This document shows, in pieces, positions 1 through 8,644 of a stretch of 64,000 nt of DNA. The notes beneath the pieces are model-generated. The model did not search any database and was not told where the DNA came from. It saw nothing but the letters and a program-made list of their open reading frames with translations. Position 1 is the stretch's first letter, and every line of letters starts with the position of its first letter. This DNA comes from a virus. Taxonomy: Duplodnaviria > Heunggongvirae > Uroviricota > Caudoviricetes. A program made the position numbers and the translations under genes. Location: IMG/VR virus record IMGVR_UViG_3300019487_000021; one strand, 5' to 3'.

Positions 1-84
1 AAAAACAAGTAACGTCCGGTGCTTTCTGTTTGATGGGATACGGCTGGACTAAAAATGGAATGAATGTTTCGAGTAGACGATAAC

Positions 85-159
85 TGGACCGTAGCTCAGC
101 GGCAGAGCAGTGTGTTGATAACGCATTGGTCGGTGGTTCGATCCCACCCGGTCCAACCA
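85..159 (+). tRNA. tRNA-Ile (anticodon GAU, tentative)
   Basis: Manual cloverleaf: acceptor TGGACCG/CGGTCCA, D-arm GCTC..GAGC, anticodon loop TTGATAA, T-arm GGTGG-TTCGATC-CCACC, encoded ACCA. Confidence 0.8.
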
Positions 160-233
160 ATGTTGACAAAGCAGCAACAATCAGTGACGGTTAGAACCCA
201 GTGGTAAATAATCGCTTGGGTCAAAAGAAAACT

Positions 234-590
234 ATGTCAAGGTTACTTGCCGTGTTGCTGTTCTTTCCGGGCTTAGCATTTGCTGAGCAAATGACAGTAT
301 TCTACTGTCACAATGTTCTCATTCCTAAAGTTCAAATCACACACCACGCGCTAGCTGAGAAAATTCCTCGAACTGCGATTGTTGATCGAATTATTGATCG
401 ATTTTACAGTCACCGATTCTTTACGGATGCGCAAGCTACAGCAGTTAACGAAGCAATTGATCTTGCCATCAACATTGAAGTGTTAATTCCGTCGACTCTT
501 ACTTTGGAACAAGCAGACGCTTGGATCGATTCGTATATCCGATCCACGACTTGCACAACAGCAAAAGAAAGTCCGACGTATGGAGGATAA
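234..590 (+). CDS. secreted hypothetical protein (N-terminal signal peptide MSRLLAVLLFFPGLAFA)
   Basis: ORF with hydrophobic signal-like N-terminus; start chosen at first ATG inside the GTG-initiated ORF. Confidence 0.45.
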   Translation: MSRLLAVLLFFPGLAFAEQMTVFYCHNVLIPKVQITHHALAEKIPRTAIVDRIIDRFYSHRFFTDAQATAVNEAIDLAINIEVLIPSTLTLEQADAWIDSYIRSTTCTTAKESPTYGG

Positions 591-591
591 A

Positions 592-1008
592 ATGAAGAAA
601 CTCTTGTTTGCACTCACACTTGTATCTGGTCTGGCTCTTGGGCACGAAGGAACACCTCAGTCTGCTAATCCTGAAGAAGATCGAGCGATCATGTATTGCA
701 TGACTCACAGTGCTCGTGCGGCATGGGGAGCAAAAGCTCGCTTTTTTGGAGCTCCTGCAAAGTTCATCTATGTTCCGATGGAAAAAGTCAAAGCAATGAT
801 GCTTGGACAGACTGAAATCTTAAACGACGGGATCTACATCGCAGAAGAACTAACGCTCGACCAACGCAAAGACTACGAAGTCTCCGCATTCTTTGGCTGG
901 AAGCAAGCCGATCAGTGGGTTCAGAAAAACCTTAAACCGTTGGACAGTCATGAGCTGACTGCTAAGTTTTACCAGCACTGTCGTGAGCAAACCAAAAACG
1001 TAAAGTGA
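592..1008 (+). CDS. secreted hypothetical protein
   Basis: ATG preceded by GGAGGATAAA; signal-peptide-like MKKLLFALTLVSGLALG. Confidence 0.55.
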   Translation: MKKLLFALTLVSGLALGHEGTPQSANPEEDRAIMYCMTHSARAAWGAKARFFGAPAKFIYVPMEKVKAMMLGQTEILNDGIYIAEELTLDQRKDYEVSAFFGWKQADQWVQKNLKPLDSHELTAKFYQHCREQTKNVK

Positions 1009-1528
1009 GAACGGTATTTTAATCTTTCTAGACACAGAGTTCACTGATTTCATCGATTGTGAGCTGATCAGCATTGGAATGATCAGTTCAGGTGGGCATG
1101 AATTCTACTATGAACGAAACGACTTTGATGTTAGCAAGTGTAGTGAATTCGTGAAGGAAGGGATTCTACCGATGCTTTATAAGCAGCCAAATGTTGGAAG
1201 CAAACAAGACTGCGCCGATGCGGTAAGGGAATGGTTAAACGGTTTACCATACGAGCAAATCGTGTTTGTAATCGATTACTATGGTGACATTCAGCTGCTT
1301 GATGATCTGATGGATGGCGATTATGGGTCAAAAGTGAAAGATGGATATGCTGCACCCATTTCCTACATCCAAGTGATTGCTGCAGAAGTTGATGCTGAGC
1401 GCGAATGTGTGCTAGAATCCGAGATGTGGTATGAACGAAATAACGGTCAACGACATCATGCTCTTGACGATGCCAAGGCGAACAGAGCAGGTTGGATTGC
1501 TGTAATGCATAAGGCTGGAGTGTTTTAA
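1004..1528 (+). CDS. DEDDh 3'-5' exonuclease (DnaQ/DexA-like); start codon unresolved
   Basis: Motif III HHALDDAKA and motif II IVFVIDYYGDIQLLDDL lie in ORF 1079-1528. Exo I motif ILIFLDTEFTDF is in the same frame upstream (1022-1057), after a TAA at 1001, with no ATG/GTG/TTG available. Confidence 0.6.
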   Translation, partial: SENGILIFLDTEFTDFIDCELISIGMISSGGHEFYYERNDFDVSKCSEFVKEGILPMLYKQPNVGSKQDCADAVREWLNGLPYEQIVFVIDYYGDIQLLDDLMDGDYGSKVKDGYAAPISYIQVIAAEVDAERECVLESEMWYERNNGQRHHALDDAKANRAGWIAVMHKAGVF

Positions 1529-1639
1529 TGAAGCAGTGTGCAAAATGCACAGAAACGTCCGTTACCTCGCTTGCCGAATGCTTCAACACTAAATAATGTT
1601 GTATGTTTGAGTGTCACTGCCGAAGACATTCGAGCTTTT

Positions 1640-1710
1640 GCCCCTGCCATCGGATGGAGCCGGGACTTCTAATCTCAGCATTGCAGGTTCGAATCCTGCC
1701 AGGGGTACCA
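1640..1710 (+). ncRNA. tRNA-like RNA with canonical acceptor stem, T-arm and encoded CCA but no foldable anticodon arm
   Basis: Acceptor GCCCCTG/CAGGGGT, T-arm GCAGG-TTCGAAT-CCTGC, discriminator A plus CCA. The 36-nt middle segment forms only the mini-hairpin CCAT-CGG-ATGG and carries a loop-like UUCUAAU. Confidence 0.5.
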
Positions 1711-1728
1711 AATCGTTGTGGCACAAAG

Positions 1729-1760
1729 CAGACCCTAGTAAGGTCTGTTTTCCTTTTTGG
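1729..1760 (+). terminator. rho-independent terminator after the tRNA-like RNA
   Basis: CAGACC-ctagtaa-GGTCTG followed by a T-rich run. Confidence 0.55.
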
Positions 1761-1769
1761 GAGACAAAA

Positions 1770-2129
1770 ATGTCCAAAGCGTGGGGGTGGCATCTGATTC
1801 TTGACTGCGCACATTGCAACGACAATGTGAAGGACGCAGAAGCACTTCGTATGTTCGTCAAAGGTCTTGTTCTAGAAATCGACATGAAAGCGTATGGTGA
1901 ACCGGTTGTTGAACACTTTGCGACTCACGATCCAAACAAGGGCGGTTTTTCCTTAGTTCAACTGATTGAGACGAGTGCTATCACAGGCCACTTTGTCGAT
2001 CTGACAGGCGACGCATACCTTGATGTGTTCTCCTGCAAGGAGATTCCTGTCGAAAAGGCAGTTGCCTATGTCAACAAGTGGTGGAATCCTAAGTCGATTA
2101 AGGTCCATTTCTTGACGAGGCAAGCATGA
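1770..2129 (+). CDS. speD: S-adenosylmethionine decarboxylase proenzyme (small SpeH/SpeD class)
   Basis: GGFSLVQLIETSAITGHFVDLTGDAYLDVFSC matches the AdoMetDC self-processing region (ESH-SIHT-PE...DVFTC); RBS GGGAGA. Confidence 0.7.
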   Translation: MSKAWGWHLILDCAHCNDNVKDAEALRMFVKGLVLEIDMKAYGEPVVEHFATHDPNKGGFSLVQLIETSAITGHFVDLTGDAYLDVFSCKEIPVEKAVAYVNKWWNPKSIKVHFLTRQA

Positions 2130-2171
2130 AATTCATTTGTGTTACGAAGAACTCAAAAGGAAATATGGGTA

Positions 2172-2861
2172 ATGGCTCTAGCCTCTGTGACAATCACAGG
2201 AATTGATGAACGGACCGACTTGCAACAACTCCTGGAATTACAAGACAGGTATCCAAACATTGAATGGGGAGTGTTGTACAGTTTCAATCGACAAGGACAA
2301 CATCCACGCTACCCATCACAAGAGTGGATCAACAAATTACTTGTTCATATGAAGAACAAACGACTTCGTTGTGCCCTTCACATTTGTGGCTCAGCAGTTG
2401 GAGATTTCCTTGAAGGCAATGGCTACATTGTGATGCTTGCTGACAACTTCCCGCGAGTGCAGTTGAATTTCAATATAGGACGATTTGATATAAGCACGAT
2501 CCGGATAGGAATTCAACGCGCAAAAAATCGTCAAGTAATTACGCAGCACAATGAGAAGAACACGGAGCTGTGGAAAGATCTTACGATGTGCAACAATCAC
2601 GCTGTATTGTTTGACCAGTCAGGTGGCTATGGTATTGCACCACGAGAGTGGCCTAAACACTTGAAAGTGATCTCATGTGGTTATGCAGGTGGTCTTGGCC
2701 CCGACAATCTTGCTGAACAGTTGCCGATGATTGACAACGCTTCTGAAGGCAATCGGTATTGGGTTGATATGGAAACAAAAGTAAGGGACAATGACGACTA
2801 CCTTGACCTAAATAAGGTCAGGCAATGTCTACGACTCGTCGATGAGTTTGTAGGAAAGTAG
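2172..2861 (+). CDS. phosphoribosylanthranilate-isomerase (TrpF)-like TIM-barrel protein
   Basis: C-terminal LFDQSGGYGIAPREW...GYAGGLGPDNLAE resembles TrpF LLDS-GG-G-FDW...AGGL-P-NV; RBS AAGGAAA. Confidence 0.45.
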   Translation: MALASVTITGIDERTDLQQLLELQDRYPNIEWGVLYSFNRQGQHPRYPSQEWINKLLVHMKNKRLRCALHICGSAVGDFLEGNGYIVMLADNFPRVQLNFNIGRFDISTIRIGIQRAKNRQVITQHNEKNTELWKDLTMCNNHAVLFDQSGGYGIAPREWPKHLKVISCGYAGGLGPDNLAEQLPMIDNASEGNRYWVDMETKVRDNDDYLDLNKVRQCLRLVDEFVGK

Positions 2862-2873
2862 AGGAGCTTTGAA

Positions 2874-3073
2874 ATGAAATTCATTGTTGAAATCCACGCA
2901 GCAGAAGGTGGTGACGATAGCAAGTTGTTCGTCAAAGATCTCGCACAAGCATATCTCAAACTTTCAACTCGCAAGGGTTGAACAGCTCGCATTGTGCTAG
3001 ATGTGGCCGATGAGATCCGTGTTGAAGTGACGGGTCAAGACCTAGCACAATTGATGAATGAACCTGGCGGTCC
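2874..3073 (+). pseudogene. 5' fragment of a class-I release-factor paralogue (copy 1), with in-frame TGA at 2988-2990
   Basis: MKFIVEIHAAEGGDDSKLFVKDLAQAY aligns to the intact copy at 3618. Same GAGGAG RBS. Reading through the TGA continues as RF-like EVTGQDL...EPGG, then decays and is overlapped antisense by the HNH gene. Confidence 0.5.
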
Positions 3074-3547
3074 TTACTCACTGATCAGTTTCGATAGAGA
3101 TTCAACGAGCGTTCGCAGTTCTTGTAATGATGCATCGTGTTTGATCGCATTACAACGGTGGCAGCAAAGAACTACGTTGAAGGATGTATATCCTTCAGAA
3201 GGAATTAATCGATCGATGCTGGGTGAGCCGCGATGGTCTTTTCGTGTCCCATGCAAATTAAACGGATTGTGGCAATATACACAGCTGCTTTGTTGTTCAT
3301 GGAATTTTGATCGAATTTCTTCTCGTGTCAGTGTAAATGGGATGCTTCTTTTTGAAGAGCGTCGTGAAGCATCACCTACAGCAATAGTGAGCCATCGTTC
3401 CAGCGGTTCTTTGCCTTTGTAGCGACGCTGACTGTTTGAACTCTGACACCTTTTGCAGATGAAGTACAGTCCGTTGGCGTCGCGTCCTTTTGGGAAATCA
3501 GATGCGATTTTGGTGAGATTGCATTGTCTGCAAACTTTTGTAATCAT
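3074..3547 (-). CDS. HNH homing endonuclease
   Basis: CVYCHNPF...HGTRKDHRGSPSIDRLIPSEGYTSFNVVLCCHRCNAIKHD HNH motif; sits between two release-factor 5' copies. Confidence 0.8.
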   Translation of the reverse strand: MITKVCRQCNLTKIASDFPKGRDANGLYFICKRCQSSNSQRRYKGKEPLERWLTIAVGDASRRSSKRSIPFTLTREEIRSKFHEQQSSCVYCHNPFNLHGTRKDHRGSPSIDRLIPSEGYTSFNVVLCCHRCNAIKHDASLQELRTLVESLSKLISE

Positions 3548-3617
3548 GGTGAGTCTCCTCCTTGAGTGTTATTTATGGGGGACACCATTGAAGTTACTCC
3601 CACCGAGGAGAATGAAC

Positions 3618-4313
3618 ATGAAGAAAGTACACTTTGAAATTCACGCTGCCGCTGGCGGCGATGACGCGAAATTGTTTGTGGGCGAACTAGCAAAAGCATA
3701 CGAGCATATGTTCGTGCGTATGGCTTGGAAGTATCGCTGACTGCACACAGCACAATCGGCCGTGGGATACGCGTCGATTGTGTTTGAAGTGACGGGGAAT
3801 GTAGATATGTTGTTTAACGAATGCGGACTTGTCTCCTTGCAACGAGTTCCACCTACAGAGCGAAAAGGAAGAGTACACACATCGACCGTTACGGTTGCTG
3901 TGATTGATCTCGACAAGTATGTCAAACCAGACTACTCGTCAATCAGCACAAACGACCTGAAAGTTGAATGGTACTCCGGTAGTGGTGCCGGTGGGCAGCA
4001 TCGCAACAAGCATCAGAACAGTTGTCGCTTGACGCACCTTCCAAGTGGATGGACTGAGACGGCTCAGTGTCGCAGCCGAGATGCGTCATACAAGCAGGCA
4101 CTTGGACAGATGCAACGTGTGCTACAAAACAAAGGCAACTACCAAGTTGAACGTGCTCAATCCGTTGACCGGAAAGCACAAATGGGTTCTGGAATGCGTG
4201 GTGATAAGATTCGCACGTATCGTTTTCAAGACGATGTTGCAACTGACCACCGCACAGGAAGGAAAGTGAACTTGACAAAGGTAATGAACGGGAACTTCAA
4301 CCTGTTCTGGTAA
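3618..4313 (+). CDS. class-I peptide chain release factor lacking domain 1 (RF1/PrfH-like; PPT codon-recognition motif, GGQ); contains an in-frame TGA at 3738-3740
   Basis: AAGGDDAKLF...RVPPTERKGRVHTSTVTVAV...SGSGAGGQHRNKHQNSCRLTHLPSG aligns to RF1 domains 2-4. ORFs 3453-3740 and 3762-4313 are in the same frame, separated only by TGA, which sits at a normally coding position. RBS GAGGAG. Confidence 0.75.
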
Positions 4314-4317
4314 ACGT

Positions 4318-4923
4318 ATGTTGCAATACCCAAGTATACCAAGCTGGCGATACGTCGAACACGGACGACCATGCACAGCGTTTTACAAGTATGACGGATC
4401 GAATCTTCGATTCGAGTGGTCGTGGAAGCGTGGTTGGTACAAGTTCGGCACACGGACACAAATGATGGATGAAAACACACCGATTTATGGTGCGGCAATT
4501 CCTTTGTTCAAACAAACGATGGCTGAGTGGATCGCTCAGCGCTGTCAACATACTTTTGGTAAGAAGCTGGAACGCATCGTTGCGTTTGCAGAGTGGTTTG
4601 GACCATCAAGCTTTGCCGGTTGGCATGATGAGAATGAGAAGAAGCAACTCGTTCTCCTTGATGTGTCAATCTTCAAGAAAGGTGTTCTACCACCAGATCA
4701 GTTCTTGAAGTTCTTCGAGCGGGCAGATTTTTGCCCGAAAGTGATCTACAAGGGTGTGATGGATCAGCGGTTCATCGACAACGTTCGTGAGGGTCGGTAT
4801 CCAGTGTACGAAGGAGTTGTGTGCAAAGGAGTCGATTGGAACGCAAAAATCAAAACGGTCGAGTATCTCGACCGTTTGAAGAAGGAAAACACTGAAGCGT
4901 GGGAATTGATGAAGGACGAGTAA
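4318..4923 (+). CDS. small ATP-dependent RNA/DNA ligase (nucleotidyltransferase domain)
   Basis: Motif I FYKYDGSN (KxDG) and motif IV/V-like EGVVCKG. Confidence 0.55.
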   Translation: MLQYPSIPSWRYVEHGRPCTAFYKYDGSNLRFEWSWKRGWYKFGTRTQMMDENTPIYGAAIPLFKQTMAEWIAQRCQHTFGKKLERIVAFAEWFGPSSFAGWHDENEKKQLVLLDVSIFKKGVLPPDQFLKFFERADFCPKVIYKGVMDQRFIDNVREGRYPVYEGVVCKGVDWNAKIKTVEYLDRLKKENTEAWELMKDE

Positions 4924-5181
4924 TTACGCTTTGTCACCAATCTTTTCGAGATGGGCCTGAATCTTAGCAAGACCACGGCGAACACGAGAACGGTGCTTTT
5001 CACGCTCTTTCGGGTCCTTCAGCTTTTTAACAATCTGGAGGGCCCGTTTTGCTGCATCGAGCATTTTCTCGACATGCTCCTGACTTGCACCGGCCGGGAT
5101 CTCAACAGCTTCGTCAAGGATCGACAAATCGTCGTTTTTCTGGCCAAGTCCAGCAAGTTTTCTCATCTCGTTGATGTTCAT
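4924..5181 (-). CDS. hypothetical protein
   Basis: Minus-strand ORF with AGAGGA RBS; the overlapping plus ORF lacks signals. Confidence 0.5.
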   Translation of the reverse strand: MNINEMRKLAGLGQKNDDLSILDEAVEIPAGASQEHVEKMLDAAKRALQIVKKLKDPKEREKHRSRVRRGLAKIQAHLEKIGDKA

Positions 5182-5237
5182 TTCAGAATCCTCTAAGGTT
5201 GATGGGTATTTATGACCTATTGACTATTGGGACTAAA

Positions 5238-5630
5238 TACACAAAAGGAGGACATATGAAATACCTTCTGTTACTGTTGATTCTAGTTGTCACATCGAGC
5301 TTTGCCGGCGGCCCGTCAGAAGAATGTAGTATCTATGGCCGACTTGCTGGTGTAACAATGATGCACAAGAACAAAGCACGATGCCACGATTCTGAAGATG
5401 TGCAGAAATGTCAAGAACAATCTCGTCAGTATGTCACTTCATCCCTTCGAGAATTCCTGCAAGGAGAGCAACATTCAGAACAACTAATTACTAAGTTAGT
5501 TGAGTTTGTTGGAAGAGTGCACGACACGGAAGTTGATATGCTACCACGACACGCAGACGAGAAGTACTTTTTCGAGTGTTTTGATCGTTTTATTAAAGAA
5601 CGTGACCGAGAGCCAAACAAATCAAAGTGA
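5238..5630 (+). CDS. secreted hypothetical protein
   Basis: RBS AAAGGAGGAC; signal peptide MKYLLLLLILVVTSSFA. Confidence 0.5.
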   Translation, partial: YTKGGHMKYLLLLLILVVTSSFAGGPSEECSIYGRLAGVTMMHKNKARCHDSEDVQKCQEQSRQYVTSSLREFLQGEQHSEQLITKLVEFVGRVHDTEVDMLPRHADEKYFFECFDRFIKERDREPNKSK

Positions 5631-5690
5631 TCCTGGTAATTGGTCGGAATTTGGCAACAAACAACCCGGTAAGTTCTGTAGGAGATTTAC

Positions 5691-6182
5691 ATGAAAAGAT
5701 TACTCGTGCTATTGGTGTTTTCACCTACACTAGCTCTTGCTGATCATTGCCCAGTCCTAACAGGCACATACACGTGTCCAATGCAAGATCCCGACACAGG
5801 AGAAATCACGACGATTCTTGTGAAGATTACAACTGATGATCACAAATACACTGTCGTCCTTGGTGATGACCAGCCAGTTGAGTTTACGGACGGACATTCC
5901 GTTTCCGACATGGTGCCTGCTTCAGAAGGTGTGTACAGCTTGTATACTCGTTATTCCTGTACAGCTGACAAGAAGCTGGAAGTAAACTACCGCAATGCAT
6001 GGTACCACGATGGTCGGCCATACGAAGGTGAAGTTCCAACGTTTGAAGAGACGATGCAACAGTTTTATTCGCTTGACGAACAAGGCAATCTTGCTGAGTC
6101 CACGACACGGCAGCGCACTCAGCTTGGACGACAGGTCGGTCCACCGAAGTCAAAGTTTCGTATATGTGCTAAACAACAATAA
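5691..6182 (+). CDS. secreted hypothetical protein
   Basis: Signal peptide MKRLLVLLVFSPTLALA. Confidence 0.5.
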   Translation: MKRLLVLLVFSPTLALADHCPVLTGTYTCPMQDPDTGEITTILVKITTDDHKYTVVLGDDQPVEFTDGHSVSDMVPASEGVYSLYTRYSCTADKKLEVNYRNAWYHDGRPYEGEVPTFEETMQQFYSLDEQGNLAESTTRQRTQLGRQVGPPKSKFRICAKQQ

Positions 6183-6329
6183 CACTATATGATCAATGGT
6201 AGTCGGCGCTGGAGCGCGGCGGTGTCTTATAAACACTGGAGATCGGCTAGATTGGCTGGAACGGGAGGGATCGTAACCCTCGGCTACTACCAACGAATAT
6301 AGTGATAGAACCATATAATAAGGATATAA

Positions 6330-7400
6330 ATGATTTACCACAAGAACGTTGCGGTGATTGGTTACGGCCGAATCGGCCAAGCCATCAAACAATATCTCAA
6401 GCAAGAAGGCTTCAACGTAATGGCTTACGACGCGAAGCCAGTCGAAGGCGCAACGATTCTTGGTAAAGATGGCGACGGCCAGATCGACTATAAACCTGCT
6501 GTAAGCAACGCCGATTGTGTAATCGCTGCAACACCATTTTCTTCGAACATCTACATTGCTCACCAATGTCTTGAACATCAAAAAGCGTACTTTGATCTTA
6601 CTGAAGACGTGCTGATTGCACAGTTCATTCGTGACGACTCAATTCCGTATGTACGAGCAGGCAAGTTGGCTTGGATCTCTCCTCAGTGTGGACTTGCACC
6701 AGGAGCTGTTGGCATGGTTGCAAATCACTTAATTGATACATTTCAGGAAATTCGCGACGTTCGACTACGAGTCGGTGCTTTACCGCAGTTCGCCTCGAAC
6801 AAAATGAAGTACTACCTGACATGGTCAAGTGAAGGCCTTGTGAACGAATACTGCAACCCATGTCGAGTGTTGGTTGACGGAATCGAGTATGACGTTCCTG
6901 CATTGGACGGTTATGAACTGATTCAAATTGACGGTGATGAATACGAAGCATTTAACACCTCTGGTGGAATTGGATCACTAATTGAAACCGTTACGCGAAA
7001 TCATCCGAGTGTTCGAAATATCAACTACAAAACCCTTCGATATAAAGGCCACCGTGAGTTGCTAAGCTTCGCGCTTGACGATCTTGGTCTACGAAATAAC
7101 CAAAAGGTGCTTGTTGATCTATTCAATGCTAACGTTCCTCGGACAACGAGCGACTTTGTAGTAATCTACGTAGAAGTGACAGGCGTCAAGGACGGGTTGC
7201 TGAAAACCGAAACTTACAGCCGTAAGATTTACGGCGATGATAAGTTTACAGCAATCCAACGAACGACCGCTGCTGGTGTTTGCGCAATGGTTTATTATTG
7301 GGCCACGAGCAGTTATCCCCAACGAAACGGATACGTTCCTTGTGAAGATGTTGCAGTCACATCTCTCAACGGCAACCCGTTTTGGGACATCTTTCGTTGA
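6330..7400 (+). CDS. saccharopine-dehydrogenase-like NAD(P)-binding oxidoreductase (possible carboxy(nor)spermidine dehydrogenase or homospermidine synthase)
   Basis: N-terminal Rossmann VAVIGYGRIGQAI; the polyamine link is inferred only from the SpeD neighbour. Confidence 0.45.
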   Translation: MIYHKNVAVIGYGRIGQAIKQYLKQEGFNVMAYDAKPVEGATILGKDGDGQIDYKPAVSNADCVIAATPFSSNIYIAHQCLEHQKAYFDLTEDVLIAQFIRDDSIPYVRAGKLAWISPQCGLAPGAVGMVANHLIDTFQEIRDVRLRVGALPQFASNKMKYYLTWSSEGLVNEYCNPCRVLVDGIEYDVPALDGYELIQIDGDEYEAFNTSGGIGSLIETVTRNHPSVRNINYKTLRYKGHRELLSFALDDLGLRNNQKVLVDLFNANVPRTTSDFVVIYVEVTGVKDGLLKTETYSRKIYGDDKFTAIQRTTAAGVCAMVYYWATSSYPQRNGYVPCEDVAVTSLNGNPFWDIFR

Positions 7401-7459
7401 CCGATGATTAGGTATAGGGTACAATGTAGTTTCCTGTGACTCCTCTTTTAGGTGTAATC

Positions 7460-7927
7460 ATGTTTCGAGCTCTCATTCTCGCTCTACTGATCACGATTGC
7501 CGCTCCTGTGAATGCCGTTGATCTGACGGTTGATCTCGGAAAAGGTTGGATGCAACCTGACTCTGCGCGAATTGGCCTGTCATTTCCGGTCAAGTCATGG
7601 TTGAATCTCGAAACTGGCGTTCTCGGAACGAACGATGGTACTATCGTCGACGTAACGCCGATGCTTCACTATGGCAAGCGGTGGTATGTGGAAGGCGGGA
7701 TCGGTCTGTCACTCGCAACCGCCCGTGACCTTGGTGAGCTCGATCAGTCATCGTACTTGAACTTCCGAGATGTTCTTGGAGTTGGCTATCACTTCCCCAA
7801 CGGCAAATGGACGGCCGGCGTTCGATACGTTCATTACAGCAATGGTGGACGACTTAACCCGATTTTCGGAACGGACGATAATCACGGCTACGACTGGTTC
7901 GTCCTACACGTTCGTTACAAGTTCTGA
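7460..7927 (+). CDS. outer-membrane beta-barrel protein (PagL / acyloxyacyl-hydrolase-like)
   Basis: Signal peptide, alternating beta-strand pattern, HYSNG motif, terminal aromatic (YKF). Confidence 0.35.
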   Translation: MFRALILALLITIAAPVNAVDLTVDLGKGWMQPDSARIGLSFPVKSWLNLETGVLGTNDGTIVDVTPMLHYGKRWYVEGGIGLSLATARDLGELDQSSYLNFRDVLGVGYHFPNGKWTAGVRYVHYSNGGRLNPIFGTDDNHGYDWFVLHVRYKF

Positions 7928-7959
7928 GTTGTTTTACCCACATCAGCATTGTATACTGA

Positions 7960-7990
7960 GTGAACCCCCTTTATTGATAAAGGGGTTCAC
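7960..7990. repeat. near-perfect 14-bp inverted repeat (GTGAACCCCCTTTAT / ATAAAGGGGTTCAC)
   Basis: Read directly in the intergenic region between 7927 and 8006. Confidence 0.6.
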
Positions 7991-8005
7991 TGTTGGAGAA
8001 AAACA

Positions 8006-8644
8006 ATGCAACGTCTAATCCTTTTGGCACTTGCTGCCGTTCCGGTAATTGCAGGTGCTGTTAAAACCGATGCGTATGTTCTGGATCGTTTCGAAAATCT
8101 TGTTCGTGATAGCCAGAAACGCTGCATCCGAACTGGCACGTGGGCTCCCGAGAAAGCTTTACCAGAATGTGGTGATGTGGCCGCTCCTGCAGTTGAACCA
8201 ACGATGCAACCACTTCCTGGCGAAGTGAGTGCTCCAAAAATCGAAGAACCGGAAACAGCAACATCCGAGCCAAATGTAGAAATGAATGCAATGGCGTTGC
8301 CTTCTGAGAACGTGTTTTTTCATTTTGATAAAAGTGAGTTGACGCCAGACGCCAAAGTCGCCCTTGATGACTTAGCTGATCGAATCAACAAGGCAAATTA
8401 CAACATGGTTCTCATTAGTGGATATGCCGACATTATCGGAACAGCACCTTACAACGCTGTCCTTTCGCAAAAGCGGGCTTACAAAGTTGCTGAGTACCTC
8501 GATTCAAAGGGAGTCACGATCCCAATGGCCTACATCGGGCGGGGTGAATTGGCTCGCAATGAGGAAAACTGCACTGGTCTGGTTGGTGATACTCTTAAAC
8601 ACTGCTATCGCGGCGATCGACGCGCAACAATTGAGATTCAGTGA
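8006..8644 (+). CDS. OmpA/MotB-like peptidoglycan-binding protein
   Basis: FFHFDKSELTPDAK...ISGYADIIGTAPYNAVLSQKRAYKVAEYL...RRATIEI. Confidence 0.7.
   Translation: MQRLILLALAAVPVIAGAVKTDAYVLDRFENLVRDSQKRCIRTGTWAPEKALPECGDVAAPAVEPTMQPLPGEVSAPKIEEPETATSEPNVEMNAMALPSENVFFHFDKSELTPDAKVALDDLADRINKANYNMVLISGYADIIGTAPYNAVLSQKRAYKVAEYLDSKGVTIPMAYIGRGELARNEENCTGLVGDTLKHCYRGDRRATIEIQ

Noticed and set aside
1131-1589. Minus-strand ORFs overlapping strong plus-strand genes (1131-1589, 17467-17976, 35713-36126, 49119-49667, 62072-63253, 56877-57362)
   Set aside because: Each is antisense to a gene with clear catalytic motifs or has low-complexity composition; no RBS support.
2994-3422. Independent plus-strand gene (142 aa)
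   Set aside because: It is the readthrough continuation of the release-factor copy-1 fragment and is antisense to a clear HNH endonuclease gene.
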